A DNA stretch of 64,000 nucleotides from an uncultured Gammaproteobacteria bacterium (GCA_964639785.1 CAZXEE010000001.1:314556-378555); one strand, 5' to 3'; shown: positions 40,916-50,079, counted from the first letter of the stretch. The notes: a model not told the origin generated them from the sequence alone. Numbers and translations: made by a program.

Positions 40916-40946
40916 AAAAAAATGGGCTCGCCGGAGTCCATTTTTT
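40916..40946. terminator. Bidirectional terminator
   Basis: AAAAAAATGGGCTC-GCCG-GAGTCCATTTTTT. Confidence 0.75.
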
Positions 40947-40959
40947 GTTTTTCGCTATT

Positions 40960-41427
40960 TTATAGCCCCATGTTCTTAGGGCCGAATCCCAGCGGCAATA
41001 ATTCGCTGATAGTAGTGACAATGGCTTCGGTCAGGTCACCGTTTAGCAAGATCAATTCGATATCGATGTTGCTTATCTGTGAGGATTCAAAAATCATTTG
41101 GCGGCAAGCTCCACAAGGAGAGACTATTTCTGAACCAATAATCGCATTGTCTTTGTCCATCGTTCCTCCGATGATAGCCATCTGAGAGAAGTGTTGGTGT
41201 CCTTCCGAATTAGCTTTCACTATTGCTGAACGTTCTGCACAAATGCAGGAGCCATAAGCGGCGTTTTCTACATTTGATCCGGTTATGATCTGGTTGGAAG
41301 CGGATTTTAATGAGGCGCCTACATAAAAATGAGAGTAGGGGTTATAGGCCGTCTTCATGGCCGTAAAAGCGGCTTGGGCCAATTCTTTTTGTTCGTCTGT
41401 CAGTTGGTTAAAAGGAATTTTTTTCAT
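40960..41427 (-). CDS. cdd: Cytidine deaminase
   Basis: AYNPYSHF.VGA, NVENA, CAERSA, PCGACRQ. Confidence 0.94.
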   Translation of the reverse strand: MKKIPFNQLTDEQKELAQAAFTAMKTAYNPYSHFYVGASLKSASNQIITGSNVENAAYGSCICAERSAIVKANSEGHQHFSQMAIIGGTMDKDNAIIGSEIVSPCGACRQMIFESSQISNIDIELILLNGDLTEAIVTTISELLPLGFGPKNMGL

Positions 41428-41520
41428 TGTTTAGATTTTAAGGATTATGCGGTAATAATAGCTAAAAATGAGATATTCGTCAATTTTTGTCCCTTGATTT
41501 GCTCGGTTCATTTGATATTG

Positions 41521-41549
41521 TTGACATCTAAAGGGAAATAAGCTAATCT
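41521..41549 (+). promoter_or_regulatory. Promoter of rpsB-tsf
   Basis: TTGACA-17bp-TAATCT. Confidence 0.6.
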
Positions 41550-41599
41550 GGGAAAAGAGGTTTAGGCCTCTATTTTATAATTTATAATAAAAAACATCA

Positions 41600-41651
41600 T
41601 ATTCTGCACATTTTCTTGTCTGGCCGCTTTTATGGCTAGATCCGCAGAATA
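41600..41651 (+). promoter_or_regulatory. Structured rpsB leader (candidate S2 autoregulatory element)
   Basis: TATTCTGC/GCAGAATA outer stem and TCTGGCC/GGCTAGA inner stem. Confidence 0.5.
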
Positions 41652-41670
41652 GACGTTTAAAGAAAAAACT

Positions 41671-42363
41671 ATGAACATCCCTAAAATTGAGGAATTGTTT
41701 AAAGCTGGTGCCCATTTCGGTCATCGTACCAATCGTTGGCATCCAAAGATGAAGCCTTACATCTTCTGTTCTAAGAAAGGCGTTTATGTTATCGACTTGA
41801 ACAAGACCCAGGAGTGCTTGGAGAGCGCTTTGGGTTATATCCAGAAATTAGTCCAAGAAGAGAAGTCAATCTTGTTCGTCGGTACCAAGAATCAGGTCAA
41901 GAAACCGATGCAGGAAGCGGCTATCGCTGCCGGCATGCCATATATCGTCGGTAAATGGTCCGGCGGTTATCTGACCAATTTCCCAGTTATCAAGAAATCT
42001 ATCAAGAAATATCAGGATCTCTTGTCTCAGAAAGAGACCGGCAGATTGGATAAATATAATAAGAAGGAACGTTTGAATATCGACCGTGAATTGAAGAAGA
42101 TGGAAGTCAAATTAGGCGGCTTGGTCAGCTTGAACAAGTTGCCTGACGTTTTATTCGTCTGGGATATCAAGGAAGAAGCTACCGCTATTGAAGAAGCTTT
42201 GAGCATGAAGGTCCCGGTTATCGCTGTTGTCGATACTAACGTCAATCCGGAATTGGTAAAATTCCCGATCCCAGCCAATGATGATTCCACTAAGACCGTA
42301 AAGGTTATTTTGGCATCAGTTGTTGACGCTGTAGCTGAAGCCCGCAAAGGCAAGAAGGCTTAA
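41671..42363 (+). CDS. rpsB: 30S ribosomal protein S2
   Basis: AGAHFGH..RWHPKM, FVGTK, DTN, PANDD. Confidence 0.97.
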   Translation: MNIPKIEELFKAGAHFGHRTNRWHPKMKPYIFCSKKGVYVIDLNKTQECLESALGYIQKLVQEEKSILFVGTKNQVKKPMQEAAIAAGMPYIVGKWSGGYLTNFPVIKKSIKKYQDLLSQKETGRLDKYNKKERLNIDRELKKMEVKLGGLVSLNKLPDVLFVWDIKEEATAIEEALSMKVPVIAVVDTNVNPELVKFPIPANDDSTKTVKVILASVVDAVAEARKGKKA

Positions 42364-42395
42364 GAAAAAATAAATCATTTAATCTCATAAATAAT

Positions 42396-43190
42396 ATGGA
42401 ACAGATCAAAGCTTTACGTGAAAAAACCGGCGCTGGCATGGTTGATTGTAAGAAGGCTCTAGAAGAAGCCGGCGGCGATTTAGATAAAGCGGTAGAAATC
42501 TTACGTAAGAAAGGTATCGCTAAGGCAGCTAAGAGAACCGATCGGGAAACCAGCGAAGGTTTGGTTTTGGTGGGCGTCAATGACGACCACACCGAAGGTT
42601 ATATCTTGGAAGTCGATTCTGAAACTGATTTCGTATCTCGCAATGAAAAATTCCAGGACTTTGCCAAGGCTACCTTGGAATTGGTTAAGACTCAGAAACC
42701 GGCTGATTTAGAAGCTTTATTCGCTTTATCAATCGATGGCTTGTCAGTCAAGGATACTTTGGATAATTTAAGCGGTACTATCGGTGAAAAATTGGGTATC
42801 AAGGGTTTTGCTATCTTAAATGGCGCTACCGTTTCCAGCTATTCTCATTTAGGTGGCAAGATCGGAGTCTTGGTAGCTTTGTCTGAAGCTGGCAAGAGCG
42901 AATTAGCTACCGATATCGCTATGCAGGTAGCTGCTTCCAATCCTAAATATTTGTCTCCGGAAGAAGTACCGGCTGAAGAAATCAATAAGGAAAAGGAAAT
43001 CTATCGCGAACAGTTGGTCAAAGAGGGCAAGCCGGAACAGATGATCGAAAAGATTTCTGAAGGCAAGGTTAACAAGTATTATTCCGAAGTCTGCCTCTTG
43101 AAGCAAGAATTCATCAAGGATGACAAACAGACCGTCGAAGGTATCCTGAAGGGGACCAAGATCGAAAAGTTCATCCGTTTCAGCCTATAA
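42396..43190 (+). CDS. tsf: Elongation factor Ts
   Basis: LREKTGAGMVDCKKAL, ETDFV. Confidence 0.97.
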   Translation: MEQIKALREKTGAGMVDCKKALEEAGGDLDKAVEILRKKGIAKAAKRTDRETSEGLVLVGVNDDHTEGYILEVDSETDFVSRNEKFQDFAKATLELVKTQKPADLEALFALSIDGLSVKDTLDNLSGTIGEKLGIKGFAILNGATVSSYSHLGGKIGVLVALSEAGKSELATDIAMQVAASNPKYLSPEEVPAEEINKEKEIYREQLVKEGKPEQMIEKISEGKVNKYYSEVCLLKQEFIKDDKQTVEGILKGTKIEKFIRFSL

Positions 43191-43241
43191 TATTATTTCT
43201 TTACAATTCCGCCTTCTAGGCGGAATTGTCTTATTACGCTT

Positions 43242-44051
43242 ATGAAAATAGTCCAAGTCCAGTTTTCTCCCTGGGACAAAAAATATAGCTTTATCAATAG
43301 TGATAATCTCGCTCTTAATATCGGCGACCAGGTTATCGTCGACACTGATTTAGGTTTGGAGATCGGAGAAGTGGCCGGCTTCCTGAAAGAAGCAGAAGAC
43401 CAGACAGCCGAAATCAAACCGGTTGTCCGTTTGGCCAATGAGGATGATTTGGCTCGGGTAGTGTCTGAAGACAAGAAGAAGGAATCTTTGGTATATTGCC
43501 AGGAATTGGTAGAGAAATATAATCTGCCGATGAAATTGGTCGATATCCATTTCGCTTTGGGCGGCTCCCGCATGAACTTCGCTTTTGCCGCTGAAGGCCG
43601 GGTCGATTTTCGCCAATTAGTGAAGGATTTGACCGCTCACTTCAATACCAGTATCCGTCTGACTCAGATCGGAGCTCGTGATGAAGCTCGGGTCAATGGT
43701 GATTGCGGTCATTGCGGCCGGAATCTGTGTTGCCAGAAATTCATCAAGGATTTTTCTTCCATCACTTCTGAGATGGCTGAAGTCCAGCAGGTAGTCCATC
43801 GAGGTAGTGATCGTATCTCTGGCATGTGCGGCCGTTTGATGTGCTGCTTGTCATATGAATATGACGGTTACCAGGAATTGGCTAAAAAATTGCCACCGAT
43901 CGGAGCTAAAGTCAATGTTGATGGCCAGAGAGGTGAAGTCTTGGGACATCATGTCTTGAAGCAATCGGTCGATGTCAAGTTTCCGGGAGAAAAAGGAGAG
44001 GGATATGTCGTAGTCGAGGTTGACCTCAATCGGCATAACAAGAAGAAATAG
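43242..44051 (+). CDS. ricT: PSP1-domain Fe-S protein RicT/YaaT
   Basis: RVDFRQLVKDL, QIGARDEA, CGRNLCC, SGMCGRLMCCL.YE. Confidence 0.88.
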   Translation: MKIVQVQFSPWDKKYSFINSDNLALNIGDQVIVDTDLGLEIGEVAGFLKEAEDQTAEIKPVVRLANEDDLARVVSEDKKKESLVYCQELVEKYNLPMKLVDIHFALGGSRMNFAFAAEGRVDFRQLVKDLTAHFNTSIRLTQIGARDEARVNGDCGHCGRNLCCQKFIKDFSSITSEMAEVQQVVHRGSDRISGMCGRLMCCLSYEYDGYQELAKKLPPIGAKVNVDGQRGEVLGHHVLKQSVDVKFPGEKGEGYVVVEVDLNRHNKKK

Positions 44052-44074
44052 TAATTAGATATTTTTTAGATATA

Positions 44075-44104
44075 GAAAAGCGTTCTCGCAGGAGAGCGCT
44101 TTTT
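44075..44104 (+). terminator. Intrinsic terminator
   Basis: AAAAGCGTTCTC-GCAG-GAGAGCGCTTTT. Confidence 0.75.
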
Positions 44105-44107
44105 GTT

Positions 44108-44137
44108 TTGCCCTTTTTGCCGTTTTTGTGCTATAAT
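44108..44137 (+). promoter_or_regulatory. Promoter of the gap-hydrogenase operon
   Basis: TTGCCC-18bp-TATAAT with TGn extended -10. Confidence 0.55.
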
Positions 44138-44172
44138 TGAAAGGTAAATTATTAATACTTAGAATTAAAATT

Positions 44173-45183
44173 ATGACCAAATTAGCGATTAACGGTTTCG
44201 GCCGCATTGGCCGGGCCGTCTTGAAGATTCTCTTGGAGCGTTATCCGGAGGTTAAGATAGTGGCTATCAATGACTTGACTGATACCAAGACCTTAGCTCA
44301 TCTGCTTAAGTATGATTCTTGCTATGGAATCTATGGGGAAAATGTTTCATCCGATGCCAAGCACATAATCGTCAAAGGCCAAAAGATACCGGTTCTAGCT
44401 GAAAAGGATCCGACTTTGTTGCCTTGGAAGAAATTGGATGTCGATGTTGTGTTGGAATGCACCGGCCGCTTCACCAACAAGGAGGGTTTGTCTTTCCATC
44501 TGCAAGCTGGCGCCAAGAAGGTTCTTCTGTCCGCTCCGGCCAAGGGCAAGGAAGATAAAGTGAAGACTGTGGTGATCGGTGTCAATGAAGACAAGATGAC
44601 TAAGGCTGACAAGATGCTGTCTTGCGCTTCTTGCACGACTAATTGCTTGGCTCCGGTTTCAGATATCATCCGCCAATATTTCGGCATCAAGAAAGCTATC
44701 ATGACCACTATCCATTCTTATACCGCTGACCAGAACTTGGTTGACGGACCGCACAAGGATCTGCGCCGAGCTCGAGCTGCAGCATTGAATATGGTTCCGA
44801 CTACGACCGGTGCGGCGATTTCCGTTACCGAAACTATCCCTTCACTGAAGAACAAGTTCGATGGCTTGGCAGTCCGCGTTCCGACTCCAGTCGGTTCATT
44901 ATGCGATATCGTTTTCGTTACCAAGAAGAAAGTGACAGTGGAAAAGGTTAATGAAGCCTTCAAGAAAGTAGCCAAGATGAAGCGCTATCAGGGAATCATC
45001 CAAGCTAGCGAGGAACCGTTGGTATCCTCGGATATCGTCGGCAATGCTCATAGTGCTATTGTCGATCTGCCGATGACCAAGGTGGTTGATGGCGACTTGT
45101 TGAAGGTTACCGCTTGGTATGACAACGAGTGGGGTTATTCCAACCGCTTAGCTGACTTGGCTGTTTCTTTTGCCAAGAAATAA
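44173..45183 (+). CDS. gap: Type I glyceraldehyde-3-phosphate dehydrogenase
   Basis: INGFGRIGR, ASCTTNCL, WYDNEWGY. Confidence 0.97.
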   Translation: MTKLAINGFGRIGRAVLKILLERYPEVKIVAINDLTDTKTLAHLLKYDSCYGIYGENVSSDAKHIIVKGQKIPVLAEKDPTLLPWKKLDVDVVLECTGRFTNKEGLSFHLQAGAKKVLLSAPAKGKEDKVKTVVIGVNEDKMTKADKMLSCASCTTNCLAPVSDIIRQYFGIKKAIMTTIHSYTADQNLVDGPHKDLRRARAAALNMVPTTTGAAISVTETIPSLKNKFDGLAVRVPTPVGSLCDIVFVTKKKVTVEKVNEAFKKVAKMKRYQGIIQASEEPLVSSDIVGNAHSAIVDLPMTKVVDGDLLKVTAWYDNEWGYSNRLADLAVSFAKK

Positions 45184-45195
45184 TATTTAAAGATT

Positions 45196-45594
45196 ATGGA
45201 TAAGGTTATTATCGCCTCCGGACCGGTGATTATCGAAGATGGCAAGGTCTTGTTGGCTCAGCATGGCACTGATGATTTCTGGAAGTTTTGCGGCGGACGA
45301 GTAGAAAGCAATGAGGTCAGCCTGATTGAAACTGCCAAGAGAGAAGTTCGAGAAGAGATGGGTGTGGAAATTGAGATCATTGAATCAGAACCGTTCCTGC
45401 TGCATACCGTCAAGGAAACTGGTGATGCCAGAATCGATGTTATCCTAGTCCATTATTTAGCCAAGAGGCTGGGTGATATCCGGCCGGGAAGCGATATTCG
45501 GAAATGGGATTGGATCAGCTTGGCTGATTTGCCGCAAGAACATCTAGCTCCGAATATCTTGCCAACTTTACGTCATTTCGGGTTTATTAAATAA
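45196..45594 (+). CDS. NUDIX hydrolase
   Basis: GGRVE...ETAKREVREEMG Nudix box. Confidence 0.88.
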   Translation: MDKVIIASGPVIIEDGKVLLAQHGTDDFWKFCGGRVESNEVSLIETAKREVREEMGVEIEIIESEPFLLHTVKETGDARIDVILVHYLAKRLGDIRPGSDIRKWDWISLADLPQEHLAPNILPTLRHFGFIK

Positions 45595-45602
45595 ATTTTT
45601 TT

Positions 45603-46616
45603 ATGAGTATTATCGCTAAAATCAAAAAAGCTAATCTAGTCGGTCGCGGCGGCGCTTGTTTTCCGACGGCTGTCAAATGGGAATCGGTTCGCAAAGCTCC
45701 GGGAGCAGAGAAGTATGTAGTTATCAATGCCGCTGAAGGCGAACCGGGAGTCCAGAAAGACGGCTATATTTTAGAGAATCATCCGGATGAGATGTTCAAC
45801 GGCGTCCGTCTGGCCATGGAATATCTGGGCGCCAAAAAATGTTATCTGTATATCAATCCGGCTTATTATGAAAAGGACCGATTATTGATCATGAAAGCGG
45901 CTAAGTCCCAGGGATTGGCTAAGAGCTTAGAAGTTTTTGTTAAGCCGCACGATGCTGGTTATATCGGTGGAGAAGAGACTTCAGTCTTGAATGCTATTTC
46001 CGGTTTCAAGATAGAACCGCGCTTGAAACCGCCTTATCCGACGACTGCCGGATTGTGGGAGGCGCCGACATTGATTGATAATGTGGAAACTTTTTATAAC
46101 GTTTCCTTGGTTGATAAAGGACAGTATCTAAAAGAGCGATTTTACACCATCAATGGTCCGGTCAAGAATCCAGGAGTCTATTCTTTCCCGGAAGATTGGA
46201 CGATCGAGAAAGTTTTGTATGAGAGCGGTAATTATCCGAAGTTTGATTTCTTCGTCCAGGTCGGAGGCGATGCTTCCGGAGCGGTTTTCAATCAGGAGCA
46301 ATTGGGAGTGGCGGCTACTGGCGCAGCCTCAATCACTATTTATGACCTAAAGAAGCATAATCCGAAAAAGCTGTTGCAGTATTGGATTAATTTTTTCCAA
46401 GCTAATTCTTGCGGCCAATGTACGCCTTGCCGCGAAGGAACTTATCGCTTGGCTGAGATGTTGAAACAGAGACAAGTCGATTGGAATTCATTTGCTGAGT
46501 TGTTAGATGGTCTGTCAGAAACATCTTTCTGCGCTTTAGGGGGCAGCGTGCCGATTCCGGTTAGATCATATTTTAATAATGTTTTAAATAATAATTTAAA
46601 AAGAATCGTATCATAA
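45603..46616 (+). CDS. Minimal NuoF/HydB-like NADH-binding flavoprotein subunit
   Basis: GRGGACFPT..KW, EGEPG, GEET, PRLKPPYP, NVET, SCGQCTPCREG...SFCALG (N3 cluster). Confidence 0.9.
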   Translation: MSIIAKIKKANLVGRGGACFPTAVKWESVRKAPGAEKYVVINAAEGEPGVQKDGYILENHPDEMFNGVRLAMEYLGAKKCYLYINPAYYEKDRLLIMKAAKSQGLAKSLEVFVKPHDAGYIGGEETSVLNAISGFKIEPRLKPPYPTTAGLWEAPTLIDNVETFYNVSLVDKGQYLKERFYTINGPVKNPGVYSFPEDWTIEKVLYESGNYPKFDFFVQVGGDASGAVFNQEQLGVAATGAASITIYDLKKHNPKKLLQYWINFFQANSCGQCTPCREGTYRLAEMLKQRQVDWNSFAELLDGLSETSFCALGGSVPIPVRSYFNNVLNNNLKRIVS

Positions 46617-46662
46617 TCTTGTTGGTCCAGGGATATCTCTCGGTTAATAAGATAAAAAAATT

Positions 46663-47412
46663 ATGGAAAAGACTAAAAAAACAGAGAAGCCGGTTATGGC
46701 CGCTGGGTCTCTGAAGAAAGCAATGATCGGAGTCGATGATTTGGCTTCCGGTTCAATCAAGTTTTATCAGCAGAATTTCAAAAAATTCGTGTTGATGTTA
46801 TTGGTCAGTTTGGGCGCTTATCTGCCTTTCTATCTGATTTCTGAATGGTTAAAGGTTAATACTAATGTAGTTTTGGGAGTGGTCTTGGTTATCTTGTTTA
46901 TCGCTTCAATGTTAGCCCTGATCTATTTCGGCGTTCGCGCCCAGATCGGCATGTATCTGATCTTGAAGAATCCAACCATGAAGTTCAAGGAATTATTCCA
47001 GGGTACCAGAGGACTCTTTTGGAAATTCTTCGGTTTGAGCATCTTGACTGGAATTCTAGTCTTGTTATGGACTTTGCTTTTGATAATTCCTGGTATCATC
47101 TTCGGAGTTTTCTATTCTTTCGCTTTGTACCTGTTAGTCTTTGAAGATGTCAGAGGCATGAATGCTATCAAGAGAAGCAAGGCTTTAGTGACCGGATATT
47201 GGTGGGCAGTCTTTGGCCGGACCATGTTCGTGATCTTGGTGGCTATGCTGATCTCTTTCGTCTTGAGCATTCCTTTCGTCTTTATGTCTCAGGGAACTAT
47301 CGTTTACTCTATCTATAATTCATTGCAGAATATAATCTGGGCTATAATTACTCCGGTCTTCATGATCTTCTCTTACTTGATGTACAAGGATCTGCGCCAT
47401 ATCAAAGGTTAA
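46663..47412 (+). CDS. Multi-pass membrane protein (DUF975/GPDPase-membrane-like)
   Basis: About 5-6 TMs; LLIIPGI and AIKRSKALV.GYWW motifs. Confidence 0.7.
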   Translation: MEKTKKTEKPVMAAGSLKKAMIGVDDLASGSIKFYQQNFKKFVLMLLVSLGAYLPFYLISEWLKVNTNVVLGVVLVILFIASMLALIYFGVRAQIGMYLILKNPTMKFKELFQGTRGLFWKFFGLSILTGILVLLWTLLLIIPGIIFGVFYSFALYLLVFEDVRGMNAIKRSKALVTGYWWAVFGRTMFVILVAMLISFVLSIPFVFMSQGTIVYSIYNSLQNIIWAIITPVFMIFSYLMYKDLRHIKG

Positions 47413-47422
47413 TAGGATTATT

Positions 47423-49144
47423 ATGCCAAAAAAAGATGAGATAAAAATAAAGATAGACGGCAAGTCTGTCAAAGCTTTGAGCGGCCAGTCTATCATGGCG
47501 GCAGCGGCTGATAATGGAATCATGTTGCCGTCGCTCTGCCATCATCCGGACCTTTCCGTGAAGGCTAATTGCCGGGTTTGCGTGGTGGAAATCAAGGGGT
47601 CGCCTCGTTTGGCGACAGCTTGTTCGACGACCGTCAAGGAAGGGATGGAGATCTTTACCGATTCGCCTCGAGTGCAGAAATCCCGCAATATGAACCTAAA
47701 ATTATTGTTCGCTTCCCATGTAGAGAAGTGCGGCAATTGCACTTTGCGGTATAATTGCGCTCTATTGGATTTGGCTCGGAAATACAAGATTAAAATCACT
47801 AGTTTTCCGGACCGGAAAAGCCAGAGGAAGACTTGCAAGTTCGCTAATGCGGTAGAGATTGACGGTACCCAGTGTATCGATTGCCGCAATTGTATCGATG
47901 CTTGTTCCAATATCCAGAAGATCGATTACTTGGAGCTGAAAGGAAAGGGAATAAAGCAAGAGGTAGTGCCGACCGCTGATCCTGAGAGGGATTGCATCTA
48001 TTGCGGCCAATGTACTTTGCATTGTCCGGTAGCTGCGGCCCAGGAGCAGGATAGCTGGAAGGAAGTCGAAAAATTATTAGCTGACAAGAATAAGGTAGTG
48101 GTGGCTCAATTTGCTCCTTCAGTCCGAGTGACTATCGGAGAAGAATTTGGCTTGCCATATGGCGAGGAAACTACCGGCAAGACCGTGGCCGCTTTGAAGG
48201 CTTTGGGATTTAGTCATGTCTTTGATGTCAATTTCAGCGCTGATGTGACAACCATGGTGGAAGCGGGAGAATTGTTGGAGCGCTTGGGCAACAAGAAAGC
48301 CAAGATGCCGATGATTACCTCTTGCTGTCCGGCTTGGGTAAAATATGTCGAGTTCTATCATCCGGAATTGATCCCTAACCTGACCACTTCTCGTTCGCCT
48401 CAGATCCATTTAGGCGGAATCATCAAGACCTATTGGGCTGAGAAGTTGAAAGTTGATCCGAAGAAGATCGTCGTGGTTTCAGTGATGCCGTGTACGGCCA
48501 AGAAATTCGAATCACGGCGAGCGGAGATGAAGGTCAAAGGCCTTTATCCAGTCGATTATGTATTGACCACCAGGGAGTTCGGTTTCATGCTGAAGAAGAA
48601 CAATATTGATTTCAAGAAGTTAAAGCCGATGGATAGCGACAAGATCTTCAATGAAGGTAGCGGCGCAGCCGTTATCTATGGTTCTTCCGGCGGTGTGATG
48701 GAATCGGCTCTGAGAACGGCTTATGCCTTGGTTTGCAGTGATGATTCGGCCAAGTTCTGTAATTCTCGGATCGATTTCAAGGAAGTCCGCGGCTTGGAGG
48801 AAGTCAAAGAGGCGACTATCGATATCGCCGGCACTAAGTTACGCGTCGCCGTGGTTAACGGTATCGGATCAATCGATCGCATCCTGAGCCATTTATCGGA
48901 TTATGATTACATTGAAGTCATGGCTTGTCCGGGCGGCTGCATTGGCGGCGGCGGACAACCGATCCCGACTACTGACAAGATCCGCAAGGAAAGGGTAGCC
49001 GGACTTTATCGGATCGATAAGTTCAAGTCTATCAGGAAGGCCCATGAGAACCAGGAAGTGTTGGATGTGCTGGATTGGCTCAAGGCTAAGAAGATCGATC
49101 ATCAGGTATTGCATACCAAATATCAGAAACGAACTAAGAAATAA
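47423..49144 (+). CDS. hydA: [FeFe]-hydrogenase group A catalytic subunit
   Basis: H-cluster motifs TSCCPAW, MPCTAKKFE, EVMACPGGCIGGGGQP; N-terminal 2Fe-2S, His-ligated 4Fe-4S (HVEKCGNC) and 2x[4Fe-4S] motifs. Confidence 0.95.
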   Translation: MPKKDEIKIKIDGKSVKALSGQSIMAAAADNGIMLPSLCHHPDLSVKANCRVCVVEIKGSPRLATACSTTVKEGMEIFTDSPRVQKSRNMNLKLLFASHVEKCGNCTLRYNCALLDLARKYKIKITSFPDRKSQRKTCKFANAVEIDGTQCIDCRNCIDACSNIQKIDYLELKGKGIKQEVVPTADPERDCIYCGQCTLHCPVAAAQEQDSWKEVEKLLADKNKVVVAQFAPSVRVTIGEEFGLPYGEETTGKTVAALKALGFSHVFDVNFSADVTTMVEAGELLERLGNKKAKMPMITSCCPAWVKYVEFYHPELIPNLTTSRSPQIHLGGIIKTYWAEKLKVDPKKIVVVSVMPCTAKKFESRRAEMKVKGLYPVDYVLTTREFGFMLKKNNIDFKKLKPMDSDKIFNEGSGAAVIYGSSGGVMESALRTAYALVCSDDSAKFCNSRIDFKEVRGLEEVKEATIDIAGTKLRVAVVNGIGSIDRILSHLSDYDYIEVMACPGGCIGGGGQPIPTTDKIRKERVAGLYRIDKFKSIRKAHENQEVLDVLDWLKAKKIDHQVLHTKYQKRTKK

Positions 49145-49148
49145 TCAC

Positions 49149-49679
49149 ATGGACTATTTGAAGGAGGCAACTTTGGAAAGGGTTAATTCTCGGGAATTGG
49201 TGATAGCTATTATCCTGGGAGCTTTGGCTTCGTTCTTGCCTTTCTTTATCCATATCCAGTGGCTGGTCGGACCGATAGTCAATGCTATATTGATCATCGT
49301 CCTGTTCTTGAGCGGTCTGCGTTTGGCTATCGTCGTCTCGGCTGTTCCTAGCCTGATGGCTCTGGCTGGCGGATTATTGCCGATATTTTTGTCTCCGGCT
49401 GTTCCGTTCATTATCGTTTCCAATATTATTTTTGTTTCTATAGTCTATTATCAGTATTATAATTCCAACAAGCGGGATGCCTATTGGCGAGCTTCGTTTT
49501 TAGGAGCTTTTGCTAAATTCGTCCTCTTGTTCATAAGCGCCCGATTCTTGGCGGTCTTCATTTCTCATCCCCAAGCCGCAATCGTTTTGGGTACGATGTT
49601 CGGTTGGTCTCAATTGTTTTCTGCTTTAGCCGGCGCCATTATCGCTTTTGCGGTTTTGAAGTGGCTGAAGAGGATATAA
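49149..49679 (+). CDS. ECF transporter S-component-like membrane protein
   Basis: About 176 aa, 5-6 TMs; QWLVGPIVNA, PFIIVSN, WSQLFSALAG motifs. Confidence 0.65.
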   Translation: MDYLKEATLERVNSRELVIAIILGALASFLPFFIHIQWLVGPIVNAILIIVLFLSGLRLAIVVSAVPSLMALAGGLLPIFLSPAVPFIIVSNIIFVSIVYYQYYNSNKRDAYWRASFLGAFAKFVLLFISARFLAVFISHPQAAIVLGTMFGWSQLFSALAGAIIAFAVLKWLKRI

Positions 49680-49696
49680 TAAACTAAGAAAAATAT

Positions 49697-49963
49697 ATGG
49701 GAAAAAGAGTCTTGGGAACTATCAGCATCTTGACTAGCAATCGCCAGAAAAGCTCGGCTGAGATGAATCAGCTCCTGACCGCCTATGGCCATTACATCAT
49801 CGCTCGCTTGGGCGCTAATGTTAATCGCCAATGCTTTAATGCTTGTCCGGGCCTGATTGTCTTGGCAGTCGACGCTGATCGGGAAGTATTGGAAGAGCTG
49901 ACAGCCAAATTGAATGTCGTTTCAGAAATCAAGGCCGAACTCTGCGTTTTACAAGAAGAATAA
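49697..49963 (+). CDS. TM1266-like iron-only hydrogenase system regulator (ACT-like)
   Basis: KRVLGTISI...MNQLLTAYGHYIIARLG pattern, 88 aa, follows hydA. Confidence 0.75.
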   Translation: MGKRVLGTISILTSNRQKSSAEMNQLLTAYGHYIIARLGANVNRQCFNACPGLIVLAVDADREVLEELTAKLNVVSEIKAELCVLQEE

Positions 49964-49982
49964 TCTGTTTGATTTCAAATAT

Positions 49983-50018
49983 AAAGCCCCATGGGATATT
50001 TTAGTTTCATGGGGTTTT
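49983..50018 (+). terminator. Terminator closing the hydrogenase operon
   Basis: AAAGCCCCATG...CATGGGGTTTT. Confidence 0.7.
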
Positions 50019-50079
50019 GATTTGCCTGGGAGCTTTAAATATATTATACTGAAATCAGTTAAAAAATAAGGAAATATAA

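Noticed and set aside
45603-46616. Respiratory complex I
   Set aside because: No other nuo genes; the context is hydA
49044-49148. Extended N-terminus of the S-component-like ORF
   Set aside because: Overlaps hydA; ATG 49149 fits better. Starts were likewise trimmed for the NUDIX, fic, rnhB, MBL, gap and ftsL-like genes
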